A stretch of DNA of 64,000 nt from Flavobacteriales bacterium. GTDB lineage: Bacteria; Bacteroidota; Bacteroidia; Flavobacteriales_G; Salibacteraceae. The first letter of the stretch is position 1. Each line of letters opens with the position of its first letter. Of the stretch, positions 18,807-26,782 are shown piece by piece. The notes beneath the pieces were generated by a model, which made no database searches, was not told the DNA's origin, and was given only the letters and a program-made list of their open reading frames with translations. Both the position numbers and the translations under genes were made by a program. The stretch lies in the NCBI GenBank assembly GCA_018660685.1, contig JABJJW010000020.1, positions 44,257-108,256 of the forward strand, written 5' to 3'.

Positions 18807-19288
18807 TCAAGGATAAGCTCCCAATAGGCAACGTCGATCCACCGACCCATCTTGTAGCCAACCTCTTTGAAGTGTGCGACCTTTTGATAACCAAGACTCT
18901 CATGAAGCGCGACGCTCGCCTCATTTGGTAAGGCCACCCCACCCATAATAGCATGGGCGCCATCGGCCCTGAGTTTATTGATTAAGTCTGCGTAAAGGAT
19001 CTTTCCGAATCCTCTTCCAGAGTAGTCCACGTCAAGATAAATTGTGGTCTCGAGGGATTGTCGATAAGCGCAGCGGGATTTCCAATTTCCAGCATAGGCG
19101 TAGCCTGCGATAACACCCTCATATTCAAAAACAATCCAGTAATGCTCTTTCTGCGCAGAGGCAATTCTAGTCCACATTTCAGCAGCATTAATCTCTGTTT
19201 CTTCAAACGTGACTATGGTCTCCCGAATGAAGTAATTATAGATTTCAGCTATGCGCGGAGCATCAGATTGTGTGGCCGTTCTAATCAC
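18803..19288 (-). CDS. GNAT N-acetyltransferase (phosphinothricin acetyltransferase-like)
   Basis: 161 aa with IRTATQSDAPRIAEIYNYFI and the acetyl-CoA block RGFGKILY. GTG start as drawn. Confidence 0.75.
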   Translation of the reverse strand: MIRTATQSDAPRIAEIYNYFIRETIVTFEETEINAAEMWTRIASAQKEHYWIVFEYEGVIAGYAYAGNWKSRCAYRQSLETTIYLDVDYSGRGFGKILYADLINKLRADGAHAIMGGVALPNEASVALHESLGYQKVAHFKEVGYKMGRWIDVAYWELILD

Positions 19289-19300
19289 GATTCAATATTA

Positions 19301-19335
19301 AATGAAAAAGCCCCTCTGCAAAAAACAGAAGGGCT
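19301..19335 (-). terminator. Intrinsic terminator of the 1046-aa gene
   Basis: Read on the minus strand: stem AGCCCTTCTG/CAGAGGGGCT (10 bp, one mismatch), 7-nt loop, then TTTTT. Confidence 0.6.
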
Positions 19336-19356
19336 TCCCTTTGAATTATTAGGAGA

Positions 19357-22300
19357 CTACTGAACGATTAGCTTCAGGGTCTCTTTGTTTTGGTTTTCAA
19401 CGATGTAAATCCCGCTCTCGAGGCTGTTGATGTCTACAGCGATTGTTAGTTGAGCTTGAAGAACAACTTGTCCTGTAATGTTGTAGATACTGATTGAAAC
19501 TTGTTCAGTGAAGTTCAACACTCCTGATCCATTCGGATTTGGATAGGCAGTGAAGTTGGTTCCGCTAACTACCTTAACTCCGCTCGTTTCGTTATCAGCG
19601 TCTGGTGTTGCGTCCGTGAAGACAACCCAAGGAGTTCCACCATCGGTCTCACGTCCGAATGATTCGTCCGCACCCAAAGCGGGAACAGTCACAGTATCAA
19701 CGGCGGTAAAGTCACATCCTTCTTGTACCACGAGGCCGACAAACGTACCAGCGGCATCGAGCTCAAAGTTTGAGTGAAGATCGCCTTCTGAGCTTTCGTT
19801 GTCACACCATACTAGGGCGTAGCCTCCGGCTGTGATCATTTCCGTTGAACCGAGTGGAATCTGATATTTTCCTGGATCCTGATCATCATTCGTCACGAAC
19901 AAACCAGCCAATGAAATATCACCTGATGTTGGATTGTAAAGTTCAATCCAATCATCAAAATCTCCATTTTCATCAGCAATTTCACTCACATTGTCTGACA
20001 TGACTTCGTTGATGTTCAGCATGGGGACCTCGGTTTCTGATGTATCAATATCAGTTGTGTACATCGGGAAAATTTGATATCCACTTGTGTAAGGTGAAGA
20101 CCCGTCAAACTGTCCTCCAATTCCGTGGATGGTCATTGTCATTGTTGAGTCTGCAAACCAGTTCTCATCAATATCAGTGTCTGAATCAATTCTCATTACG
20201 ATGGTGTCACCATCGCAATTCACCAATTCAACGTTCGCAGAACCCGTGAAGTTTGCTGGATCTGGCCACGTACCGCTGCCTCCATTATATTCAACGTTGG
20301 CAATGACCATTGGAGCTGACTCTGTCATTCCGGATGGGACACTCACGTTTAATTCCGCGGGAAGCGAATTGCCAGAATTCATAACCTCAATAGAGTCGGG
20401 TATGATTTCAGTCAACCCATTGTAAAAGTCAATTTCACCTCGAAGTCTAATTGAATCTCCTTCAGTTACGGTGTAGCCGCTAACGTCATTGAAATTGAAG
20501 ACGTTGATTCCTCCATCGTCATAGATTGTGAAGGAAATTCCATTTCCTCCTCTTAGATCTAACCCTAGAACTATTCCTTGTGTCCAGCAGTAAACGCCAA
20601 TTGAATCTGGCTCTCCGTTTGCATCGTCTGTGTTGATCGTTGGGATTGGATAAAATGGTGCAGTAGGTGTTGGCGGTGGGGTCGAAGTCGAGTCGCATAA
20701 CTCTACATCATAATAATGATGTGGGAAAACTTGGTACCCATCAAAGTATGGGGAAGAAGCGTCGAATTGACCTCCAATTCCAATGAGAGAACAAATTGTA
20801 TCGCCAACAGCGAAGCTCAGTGAGTCATCCACGTCAGTGTCAGAATCTACACGCATCACCAGGGTATCTGTTCCGTTAACCACGTCGTAATTAGAACCAG
20901 AAATAGCTGTAATAACAAGATTGTGTAACTCGATGTATTCTGACTCCGTGGATTCGTCAAGATCAGTAACCAATGCCGGCGTTGGTAAAGAGTTTCCACT
21001 GCTTAATACCATCATGGAATCACCAGCTACTTGAGCCAGACCATTGAATTGATCAATTGTACCATAAACGATTACTGAATCACCTTCTGTTACTGTATAG
21101 GCAGGAGTGAAACCTCCAAAAGCAAAGACAGCGATTCCGCCAGTATTGTCTACTACAGTGAAGCTGTTGTTGGAAGATGTCCCTTGAAGATCAACCCCAA
21201 GAACAAGGCCTTGAATACCACAAACTACACCATTTGAATCGGGCTCTCCATTTGAATCTACCGTCTCGATTGTGCCGATTGGATAAATAGGTACACTGGC
21301 ACTTGGAGGTGCTGGACCGCCACAACTCGTGTCGACGTCAGTGTAGTATCGAGGAAATATTTGATAGCCATCGAAGTACGGTGAAGAGGCGTCAAATTGA
21401 CCACCAATACCGACAACCCAACAAAGTGAATCGCCAATGACAAATGTCAAAGAGTCATCGACATCCGTATCCGAATCAACACGCATCACGATGGTATCTG
21501 TGCCGCTCACGAGCGTATAGTTTGATCCTGAAATTGCTGTGATAAGGGCGTTTTCAAACTTGACCAATTCTGATTCTGTTGATTCGCCTAACGAAGTAAC
21601 AGTTGCAGTATCTGGAATCGGGTTTGATTGGTTCAACAGCTCAATTGAGTCGGGAACAAATTCCAATAAACCATTGTAGAAGTCAATCTCTCCTCTTATA
21701 AGAATTGAGTCTCCTTCTAACACAGAATAATTGCTGACATCGTTGAAGTTAAACACGTTGATTCCGTTTACGCCTCCACCAAGGGTGTCCATGATCGTAA
21801 AGGACAGACCAGTATTTCCATCGAGATCAACTCCCACAACGACACCTGAAGTCCAGCTGTAGACGCCGATTGAATCGGGCTCTCCACTTCCATCAACAGT
21901 GTTGATGGTGGAAATGTTATAATATGGAGTTGATGCTACAGAGAGCGCACCAGTATCAAGTCTTACGTTATCAAAACCGGCATTGTCAGAACCACCATTT
22001 TGTTTTACGTATATATTGAGTCGGATGCTGTCAGTTCCATTTGTCACTGCATGGTCAATCGTCCCATCTCCCGAGGAACCAGTTCCTCCTAAAATTACAG
22101 TCAATCCTTGAGAAACTCCATCTTCAAAGACTTCATATTTAACAGTATCACCAGAGTCAAAACCATTGATATCCCAATCAAATCGAACATAGGCATTGGT
22201 GAGTGACCCAAGGTGAATGGAGTCAAACATGAGGGTTCCGTATCCGGCTGTTCCTCCATTTGAATTTTCTAAATCTTGAACTCCCCAAAAATTGGAGCCA

Positions 22301-22497
22301 ACTGAAGGCATTGTGGTTTGACCACTTAAGGATTGAACAACCATCCAAACGTCTCCGCTGGTGTTGAAGGTGTCAGGGTCATAGGTATAACCCCAATCGT
22401 CGCCAGAGCTTTCAAAGCTCTGTAGTCTAATAGTCGTTTGTCCAATGGCTAAACCGGAGACAACAAGTAGTAATAAAGTGAATAGATTTCTTAGCAT
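19357..22497 (-). CDS. Large T9SS-secreted repeat protein: N-terminal jelly-roll-like domain, three ~205-aa repeats, lamin-tail domain, type-A sorting domain
   Basis: 1046 aa with a signal peptide. LTD block NINEVMSDN...DWIELYNPT...SFGRE. C-terminal AYPNPNGSGVLNF...IYIVEN. Confidence 0.8.
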   Translation of the reverse strand: MLRNLFTLLLLVVSGLAIGQTTIRLQSFESSGDDWGYTYDPDTFNTSGDVWMVVQSLSGQTTMPSVGSNFWGVQDLENSNGGTAGYGTLMFDSIHLGSLTNAYVRFDWDINGFDSGDTVKYEVFEDGVSQGLTVILGGTGSSGDGTIDHAVTNGTDSIRLNIYVKQNGGSDNAGFDNVRLDTGALSVASTPYYNISTINTVDGSGEPDSIGVYSWTSGVVVGVDLDGNTGLSFTIMDTLGGGVNGINVFNFNDVSNYSVLEGDSILIRGEIDFYNGLLEFVPDSIELLNQSNPIPDTATVTSLGESTESELVKFENALITAISGSNYTLVSGTDTIVMRVDSDTDVDDSLTFVIGDSLCWVVGIGGQFDASSPYFDGYQIFPRYYTDVDTSCGGPAPPSASVPIYPIGTIETVDSNGEPDSNGVVCGIQGLVLGVDLQGTSSNNSFTVVDNTGGIAVFAFGGFTPAYTVTEGDSVIVYGTIDQFNGLAQVAGDSMMVLSSGNSLPTPALVTDLDESTESEYIELHNLVITAISGSNYDVVNGTDTLVMRVDSDTDVDDSLSFAVGDTICSLIGIGGQFDASSPYFDGYQVFPHHYYDVELCDSTSTPPPTPTAPFYPIPTINTDDANGEPDSIGVYCWTQGIVLGLDLRGGNGISFTIYDDGGINVFNFNDVSGYTVTEGDSIRLRGEIDFYNGLTEIIPDSIEVMNSGNSLPAELNVSVPSGMTESAPMVIANVEYNGGSGTWPDPANFTGSANVELVNCDGDTIVMRIDSDTDIDENWFADSTMTMTIHGIGGQFDGSSPYTSGYQIFPMYTTDIDTSETEVPMLNINEVMSDNVSEIADENGDFDDWIELYNPTSGDISLAGLFVTNDDQDPGKYQIPLGSTEMITAGGYALVWCDNESSEGDLHSNFELDAAGTFVGLVVQEGCDFTAVDTVTVPALGADESFGRETDGGTPWVVFTDATPDADNETSGVKVVSGTNFTAYPNPNGSGVLNFTEQVSISIYNITGQVVLQAQLTIAVDINSLESGIYIVENQNKETLKLIVQ
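20044..20664 (-). repeat. Internal coding repeat 3 (aa ~612-818), more diverged
   Basis: Keeps GEPDSIGV, EGDSIRLRGEIDFYNGL, RIDSDTDID and GIGGQFDGSSPYTSGYQIFP. Confidence 0.65.
20704..21297 (-). repeat. Internal coding repeat 2 (aa ~401-598)
   Basis: Offset of about 620 nt from repeat 1. Over a ~50-nt stretch compared by eye (20741-20790 vs 21361-21410) about four fifths of bases are identical. Confidence 0.75.
21334..21933 (-). repeat. Internal coding repeat 1 (aa ~189-388) of the 1046-aa protein
   Basis: Shares the blocks GEPDS.GV, EGDS, ID.(Y/F)NGL, ESTESE, SGSNY, RVDSDTDVDDSL, GIGGQFDASSPYFDGYQ.FP with repeat 2. Confidence 0.75.
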
Positions 22498-22575
22498 GAT
22501 AGTTTGCGTTTGTAGCGCAAAGGTGATACAGCAGAAGGGATTAAATGTTATCAGAATAAAAAAAAGTTTAGTCGC

Positions 22576-23922
22576 TTATCGCAATCGAGTTGCGACGATG
22601 ACGGGAAGTCTCTTGCGGCTCAATGAGCCAGCGAGGTCGAAGGCTTCGACCATGATCACATGAATGCCTGTCCGAGCCTTTTCTCCACTATCACTTGTTC
22701 CGTCCCACACAAAGGAACCAGAGCTCCCTAACAGCGCGTTACTTACCAGTGATTTAATGAGAACTCCTTTGTCATTGTACACGCGAATAGTCGCAGAAGA
22801 TCCAGCCACCGAAAGCAAGTACTCAATCCGAACAACATCTTGATAGCCATCGTTATCTGGAGAAATGTATTCATCGCTCAGAGACCAACCTGTTCCCGTC
22901 ATAGATTCGGGATAAAACTGGCTATTCAAATAGCCAGGGGTTGCATAATTTTCATCTGCAGAAGCGCTATGCCAATTGCTTCTATCTGTCCCGCGTACTT
23001 CCGGGCTCATCCTCTCCAGAGTAACGCCATCGAGATCTTTAATGAGGGGAAAGTGCATTTCTTCGCTGTAATGAACTTGACCCATCAGATCGGTAAATTG
23101 ATCGAATAGCCATACATCTCCGGTGTCGTTTGGCAAGGTGGGTAAGTTCACTGCCAGCAGGTTGTTTTCAAACGCCTGTGGATAGTTTTCAAGAATGTCA
23201 TTCTTGTCCTCATGCAAGCAGAGGTGTTCGTCTGTAGAAATGAAAATTGAAGAAGAAGCGATGATATTGTGCCTTAAACTGTCGTTCGAATCGTAGTATC
23301 CCAAGGTCCAATCCCGGAGATTAATTACGGCATCAGAATTATTCAAAAGCTCGACGAAGTCCGTTCCAGATCCCCGCGGATTGAATAGCAACTCATTGAT
23401 TACTACATCTCCCGAATCGTGTAAGTACGCCGAAGCGCTGAGGTCATATGCCCGCGCATTTTGGCAGCTTGCGAGTGAGTCAAGGCTCACCGTATATGAC
23501 CGCCCCCGGGCAAAGCTATCAGCGGATGTGATGGCGATCGAACTTTCCGAGGCAAAGGCATAGTTAGCCGTTTCATTGTCTAAGCTCAAGGCGATCGAAG
23601 CTGACGTATCAAGACGGTGTGAGAAGACAACTAATAGCTCATTTAATGATGTGAATCGAATATCTCGAATGTCCACGATTGTTGAACCAGCACTGTCTAG
23701 AATTGAGTTTTCTTGGCCCGGAGTGCCACCGTCAGGATGCTCTGAACCGGTCCAGTTGTTCTCAATTCCGCAGATGTCCTCTGGATTAATTCGTTCGAGC
23801 GAAAAGCCACCTTTTGATTTTACATCGGAGCCGTACCAATCACTCGCGTATTCTACTTGGTCAATGACTTTAGTCCCACGACTCAGAACTATCTTGTCCT
23901 GATCGTTATTGAGGCTCGGCAT
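22576..23922 (-). CDS. C-terminal fragment of an LTD-containing surface protein (partial LTD, Ig-like region, complete LTD, FlgD-Ig/T9SS-like C-terminus)
   Basis: 448 aa. GGFSLERINP...GGTPGQENS is the tail of one LTD. VVINELLFNP...FVELLN...GVTLERMSPE is a complete LTD. Confidence 0.7.
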   Translation of the reverse strand: MPSLNNDQDKIVLSRGTKVIDQVEYASDWYGSDVKSKGGFSLERINPEDICGIENNWTGSEHPDGGTPGQENSILDSAGSTIVDIRDIRFTSLNELLVVFSHRLDTSASIALSLDNETANYAFASESSIAITSADSFARGRSYTVSLDSLASCQNARAYDLSASAYLHDSGDVVINELLFNPRGSGTDFVELLNNSDAVINLRDWTLGYYDSNDSLRHNIIASSSIFISTDEHLCLHEDKNDILENYPQAFENNLLAVNLPTLPNDTGDVWLFDQFTDLMGQVHYSEEMHFPLIKDLDGVTLERMSPEVRGTDRSNWHSASADENYATPGYLNSQFYPESMTGTGWSLSDEYISPDNDGYQDVVRIEYLLSVAGSSATIRVYNDKGVLIKSLVSNALLGSSGSFVWDGTSDSGEKARTGIHVIMVEAFDLAGSLSRKRLPVIVATRLR

Positions 23923-24845
23923 GGAACTGACAGGAATGATTTTTCCATATCCAAAGTGTAGGTTATTCCAGAAGAGAACGAACCTGAAAACTGGAGTTCA
24001 ACGACTGTGTCATTTTGAAGGATAGCAGTGGTTATTCCTCCTATGCTCGGAGAAAGAGAATAGCTCGATATGAGCTCACAGCTTGCCTCATCCATGGCTT
24101 CATTAAATCGAATCTGGATCGTTTGGGCGTTCAGTATATCGATTCCATTAACCAGCGGCGGTGTAGTGTCTCCAACGATCGAATCGGCGGATACATCATC
24201 AAAGAAAAAGTCCGTTGAGTTGCTCGAAGTGTATTTACACCAAAGACCAAAGTAGTTTGAGGAATTGTAGGCGGCGTCCGATGTGTCGCCTTCTAGAGTG
24301 AATGGACCCGACGAAGAACTAGAAGAGTAGATCGACCAATTGCCAACAGGATCACGAACAACGCGCACGTATAATTCTGGATTCGATCCAAAGGATGAAG
24401 TGCCCATGATGAGATTGACGCTGCTGCCTCCATCTTGGCGTTCGAGTCGTAATGGATCCGCCGGTCCAGATTCTCCTATCCGGAGATAGTATCCATTCAC
24501 ATTAGATCCCAAACTGGTATCACTGGACAGGAGATAAATGCGACTTGTGTTATTGGAGCTCGGAGCAAATGCCATCCTCCAGTAGAGCTGCCATGTCACG
24601 GTATCACCAAGGTTCGGAGAAAACTCTGTGTAGAGATAAGCGGTATCGGTGGACGCTGCCGTGTTTAGTTGCAACTGGTTCGAACCATTGACAACGAACT
24701 TTGAAGTCGTCCCACTCCATGCTGGATTTGTACTGAAATTCCCGTCCTCGAAGGCATCATAAAACTGAGCTCCGAGCGTTAGTGGGATTAGCAGAAGAAA
24801 GGCGAGTACAGGCTTCAATACTCCGTTATTATTGGGATAGACCAA
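23889..24845 (-). CDS. N-terminal fragment of the same LTD surface protein (signal peptide, jelly-roll-like domain, Ig-like domain)
   Basis: 318 aa. The last 16 residues (SFLSVPCRASITIRTR) look out of frame. Overlaps the downstream ORF by 34 nt. TTG start as drawn. Confidence 0.65.
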   Translation of the reverse strand: MVYPNNNGVLKPVLAFLLLIPLTLGAQFYDAFEDGNFSTNPAWSGTTSKFVVNGSNQLQLNTAASTDTAYLYTEFSPNLGDTVTWQLYWRMAFAPSSNNTSRIYLLSSDTSLGSNVNGYYLRIGESGPADPLRLERQDGGSSVNLIMGTSSFGSNPELYVRVVRDPVGNWSIYSSSSSSGPFTLEGDTSDAAYNSSNYFGLWCKYTSSNSTDFFFDDVSADSIVGDTTPPLVNGIDILNAQTIQIRFNEAMDEASCELISSYSLSPSIGGITTAILQNDTVVELQFSGSFSSGITYTLDMEKSFLSVPCRASITIRTR

Positions 24846-24857
24846 ATGTAAATATCC

Positions 24858-24865
24858 TAATTTTG
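24858..24865 (+). promoter_or_regulatory. -7 box TAATTTTG upstream of asd
   Basis: Exact TAnnTTTG match, 22 nt before the ATG at 24888. Confidence 0.4.
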
Positions 24866-24887
24866 GACTTCAATTTGAGAATAATTC

Positions 24888-25874
24888 ATGAGAGTAGCCA
24901 TCATAGGAGCAACCGGATTAGTCGGGCGTAAAATGTTGAAGATTCTTGCTGAGCGCAGTTTCCCAATATCTGCCCTGTACCTAGTCGCGAGCGAGCGCTC
25001 TGTTGGGAAGGAAGTGGATTTTGGAGGCGATACCCATAAGATCATTGGACTTCAACAAGCGGTAAGTCTCAAACCAGATATTGCTTTGTTTTCTGCGGGT
25101 GGAAAGGCGAGCAAGGAATGGGCTCCAAAGTTTGCGGAGGTTGGTACAACGGTCATTGATAATTCTTCTGCATGGAGAATGGACGCCGACAAGAAGTTGG
25201 TCGTGCCTGAGATAAACGGGCATCTCATCGGCGAGGAAGATCGAATCATTGCTAATCCAAATTGCAGCACCATTCAAATGGTTCTAGCTCTAAAACCGCT
25301 TCACGATGCCTTCGGAATCAAGCGAATTGTAGTGTCAACCTATCAAAGTGTTTCTGGAACTGGACTGAAAGCAATTGAGCAATTGGAAAATGAACGCGAT
25401 GGAAGAGTCGAAGAAATGGTGTACCCATACCAGATTGACATGAATTGTCTTCCACATGCGGGTGATTTCGATGAGGATGGAAACACCACCGAAGAGATAA
25501 AGCTCGTGGATGAGACACGAAAAATTTTAGATGACCAGTCGATTCAGATTTCAGCAACCGTTGTGAGAGTACCTGTTCGTGGAGGACACAGCGAATCCGT
25601 AAATGTTGAATTCCATTCTGATTTTGACATCGCTAACGTTCGAAGACTTTTAGCCGACATGCCTGGAGTAACGCTGCAGGACATGCCAGAGACCAATACG
25701 TATCCGATGCCCATCATCGCGGAAGGCAAGGACGATGTTTTTGTTGGACGAATCCGAAGAGATGACTCTCAGCCCAATACGCTGAATATGTGGATCGTGT
25801 CCGATAACCTTCGAAAAGGGGCGGCGACGAATGCCGTCCAGATAGCAGAGTGCGTGATTAAAGTGTCTGTATGA
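24888..25874 (+). CDS. asd: Aspartate-semialdehyde dehydrogenase
   Basis: 328 aa with VAIIGATGLVG and IANPNCSTIQM (active-site Cys block). Confidence 0.93.
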   Translation: MRVAIIGATGLVGRKMLKILAERSFPISALYLVASERSVGKEVDFGGDTHKIIGLQQAVSLKPDIALFSAGGKASKEWAPKFAEVGTTVIDNSSAWRMDADKKLVVPEINGHLIGEEDRIIANPNCSTIQMVLALKPLHDAFGIKRIVVSTYQSVSGTGLKAIEQLENERDGRVEEMVYPYQIDMNCLPHAGDFDEDGNTTEEIKLVDETRKILDDQSIQISATVVRVPVRGGHSESVNVEFHSDFDIANVRRLLADMPGVTLQDMPETNTYPMPIIAEGKDDVFVGRIRRDDSQPNTLNMWIVSDNLRKGAATNAVQIAECVIKVSV

Positions 25875-26413
25875 ATCGAACAATAATCATTGCGTTATTC
25901 GTTGGGCTTCTGGCTTCATGTCAACCGACTGAAGAGCAGCTTGCCCAACCTGAGAATATCCTCCAAAATCTTCCAATTTCTGATCGCGACCTTCTGCTTG
26001 CGCCGTTGGAAAGCGCGTATGATGACCTTAGAGATATTGCGGAAAATGATCCAGGTCTAGCTGAGGCTTCAGCGGACTTCGACGGCGCTGGGACTATTAT
26101 CAGCGAGTCATACAAGATGAGAGACGCAGACACAGTCGCTAAATACCAAGTCATCGAACGCCAGACTCGAATGGAGAAAAGAGCTTGGTTCAGTGATGAT
26201 AAGGGGATTCTTTATTTCTCCACTGCACGAATAAAGTCACTCGACGTAGACGGCGAGAAACTGGAAGTCAGAGATTATAAGTTCTACTTTGAAGATGACG
26301 GATCACTGCTTTCTGGATACGGTAAGACAGCCTACAATGGAGACAAGCTCCCATCTGTTTGGACACCAATCTGCCTAACTACAGAACAAGAGCGTTACTT
26401 ATTCGGATTTTGA
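25871..26413 (+). CDS. Hypothetical lipoprotein
   Basis: 180 aa with lipobox LLASC. ATGA overlap with the asd stop. No family recognised. Confidence 0.5.
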   Translation: MNRTIIIALFVGLLASCQPTEEQLAQPENILQNLPISDRDLLLAPLESAYDDLRDIAENDPGLAEASADFDGAGTIISESYKMRDADTVAKYQVIERQTRMEKRAWFSDDKGILYFSTARIKSLDVDGEKLEVRDYKFYFEDDGSLLSGYGKTAYNGDKLPSVWTPICLTTEQERYLFGF

Positions 26414-26743
26414 GTTTCGCTTCAGAGACCGCTCAAACACAAACGGCCCGAACGGCAATAGCGCCGCAATTCCTCCAAAAAGTATTCGCAACTCATCCCA
26501 TTTCAGCTTGATGCCGACGATGAGAAGTTGAATGATGTAGGCAATGAATAGGATTCCATGAGCCCAGCCCACATATTTGACGGCTAAAGGCATGGCAAAT
26601 GCATACTTCAACGGCATGGCAATTCCGAGTAATAAGAGAAACGAAATTCCTTCGGCTCGGCTGATCCAAATGAATCGTTTCAAGCCTTTATCCATCGTTG
26701 AGTTTTCCATGTTGGCGCGAAAGTATGGTCCAATTGCAATCAT
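26399..26743 (-). CDS. DUF3817-like small membrane protein
   Basis: 114 aa as drawn, with 3-4 TM segments and the WISRAEGISFLLL...YVGWAHGILF pattern. The true start may be an internal Met (MENST or MDKG). Confidence 0.6.
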   Translation of the reverse strand: MIAIGPYFRANMENSTMDKGLKRFIWISRAEGISFLLLLGIAMPLKYAFAMPLAVKYVGWAHGILFIAYIIQLLIVGIKLKWDELRILFGGIAALLPFGPFVFERSLKRNSKSE

Positions 26744-26782
26744 CTTTCATAGTTTTATGGCAACGAACACAACTTCCTGACA

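Larger units (their letters stand above)
22576..24845 (-). pseudogene. LTD surface protein gene disrupted by a 1-nt frameshift at a homopolymer (alternative reading of the two fragments above)
   Basis: Adding one A to the A5 run (plus-strand T5 at 23940-23944) joins ...YTLDMEK to IIPVSSMPSLNNDQDK... and gives one ~756-codon ORF. Confidence 0.5.

Noticed and set aside
19357-22497. Calling the 1046-aa protein an ExeM/NucH-type extracellular nuclease because of its LTD and OB-like repeats
   Set aside because: No endonuclease/exonuclease/phosphatase or other catalytic domain is visible in the translation. Only binding-type modules are present.
22558-22565. A8/T8 tract upstream of the 1046-aa gene as a phase-variation switch
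   Set aside because: By my placement of the -7-like box (22518-22525), the tract lies upstream of the expected -33 position rather than in the spacer. It is also a single short homopolymer, which is insufficient evidence.
23936-23948. Programmed -1 ribosomal frameshift at GGAAAAATC in the split LTD gene
   Set aside because: There is no canonical X XXY YYZ heptamer in the zero frame, and I could see no downstream stimulatory structure. A simple homopolymer indel or sequencing error is more parsimonious.
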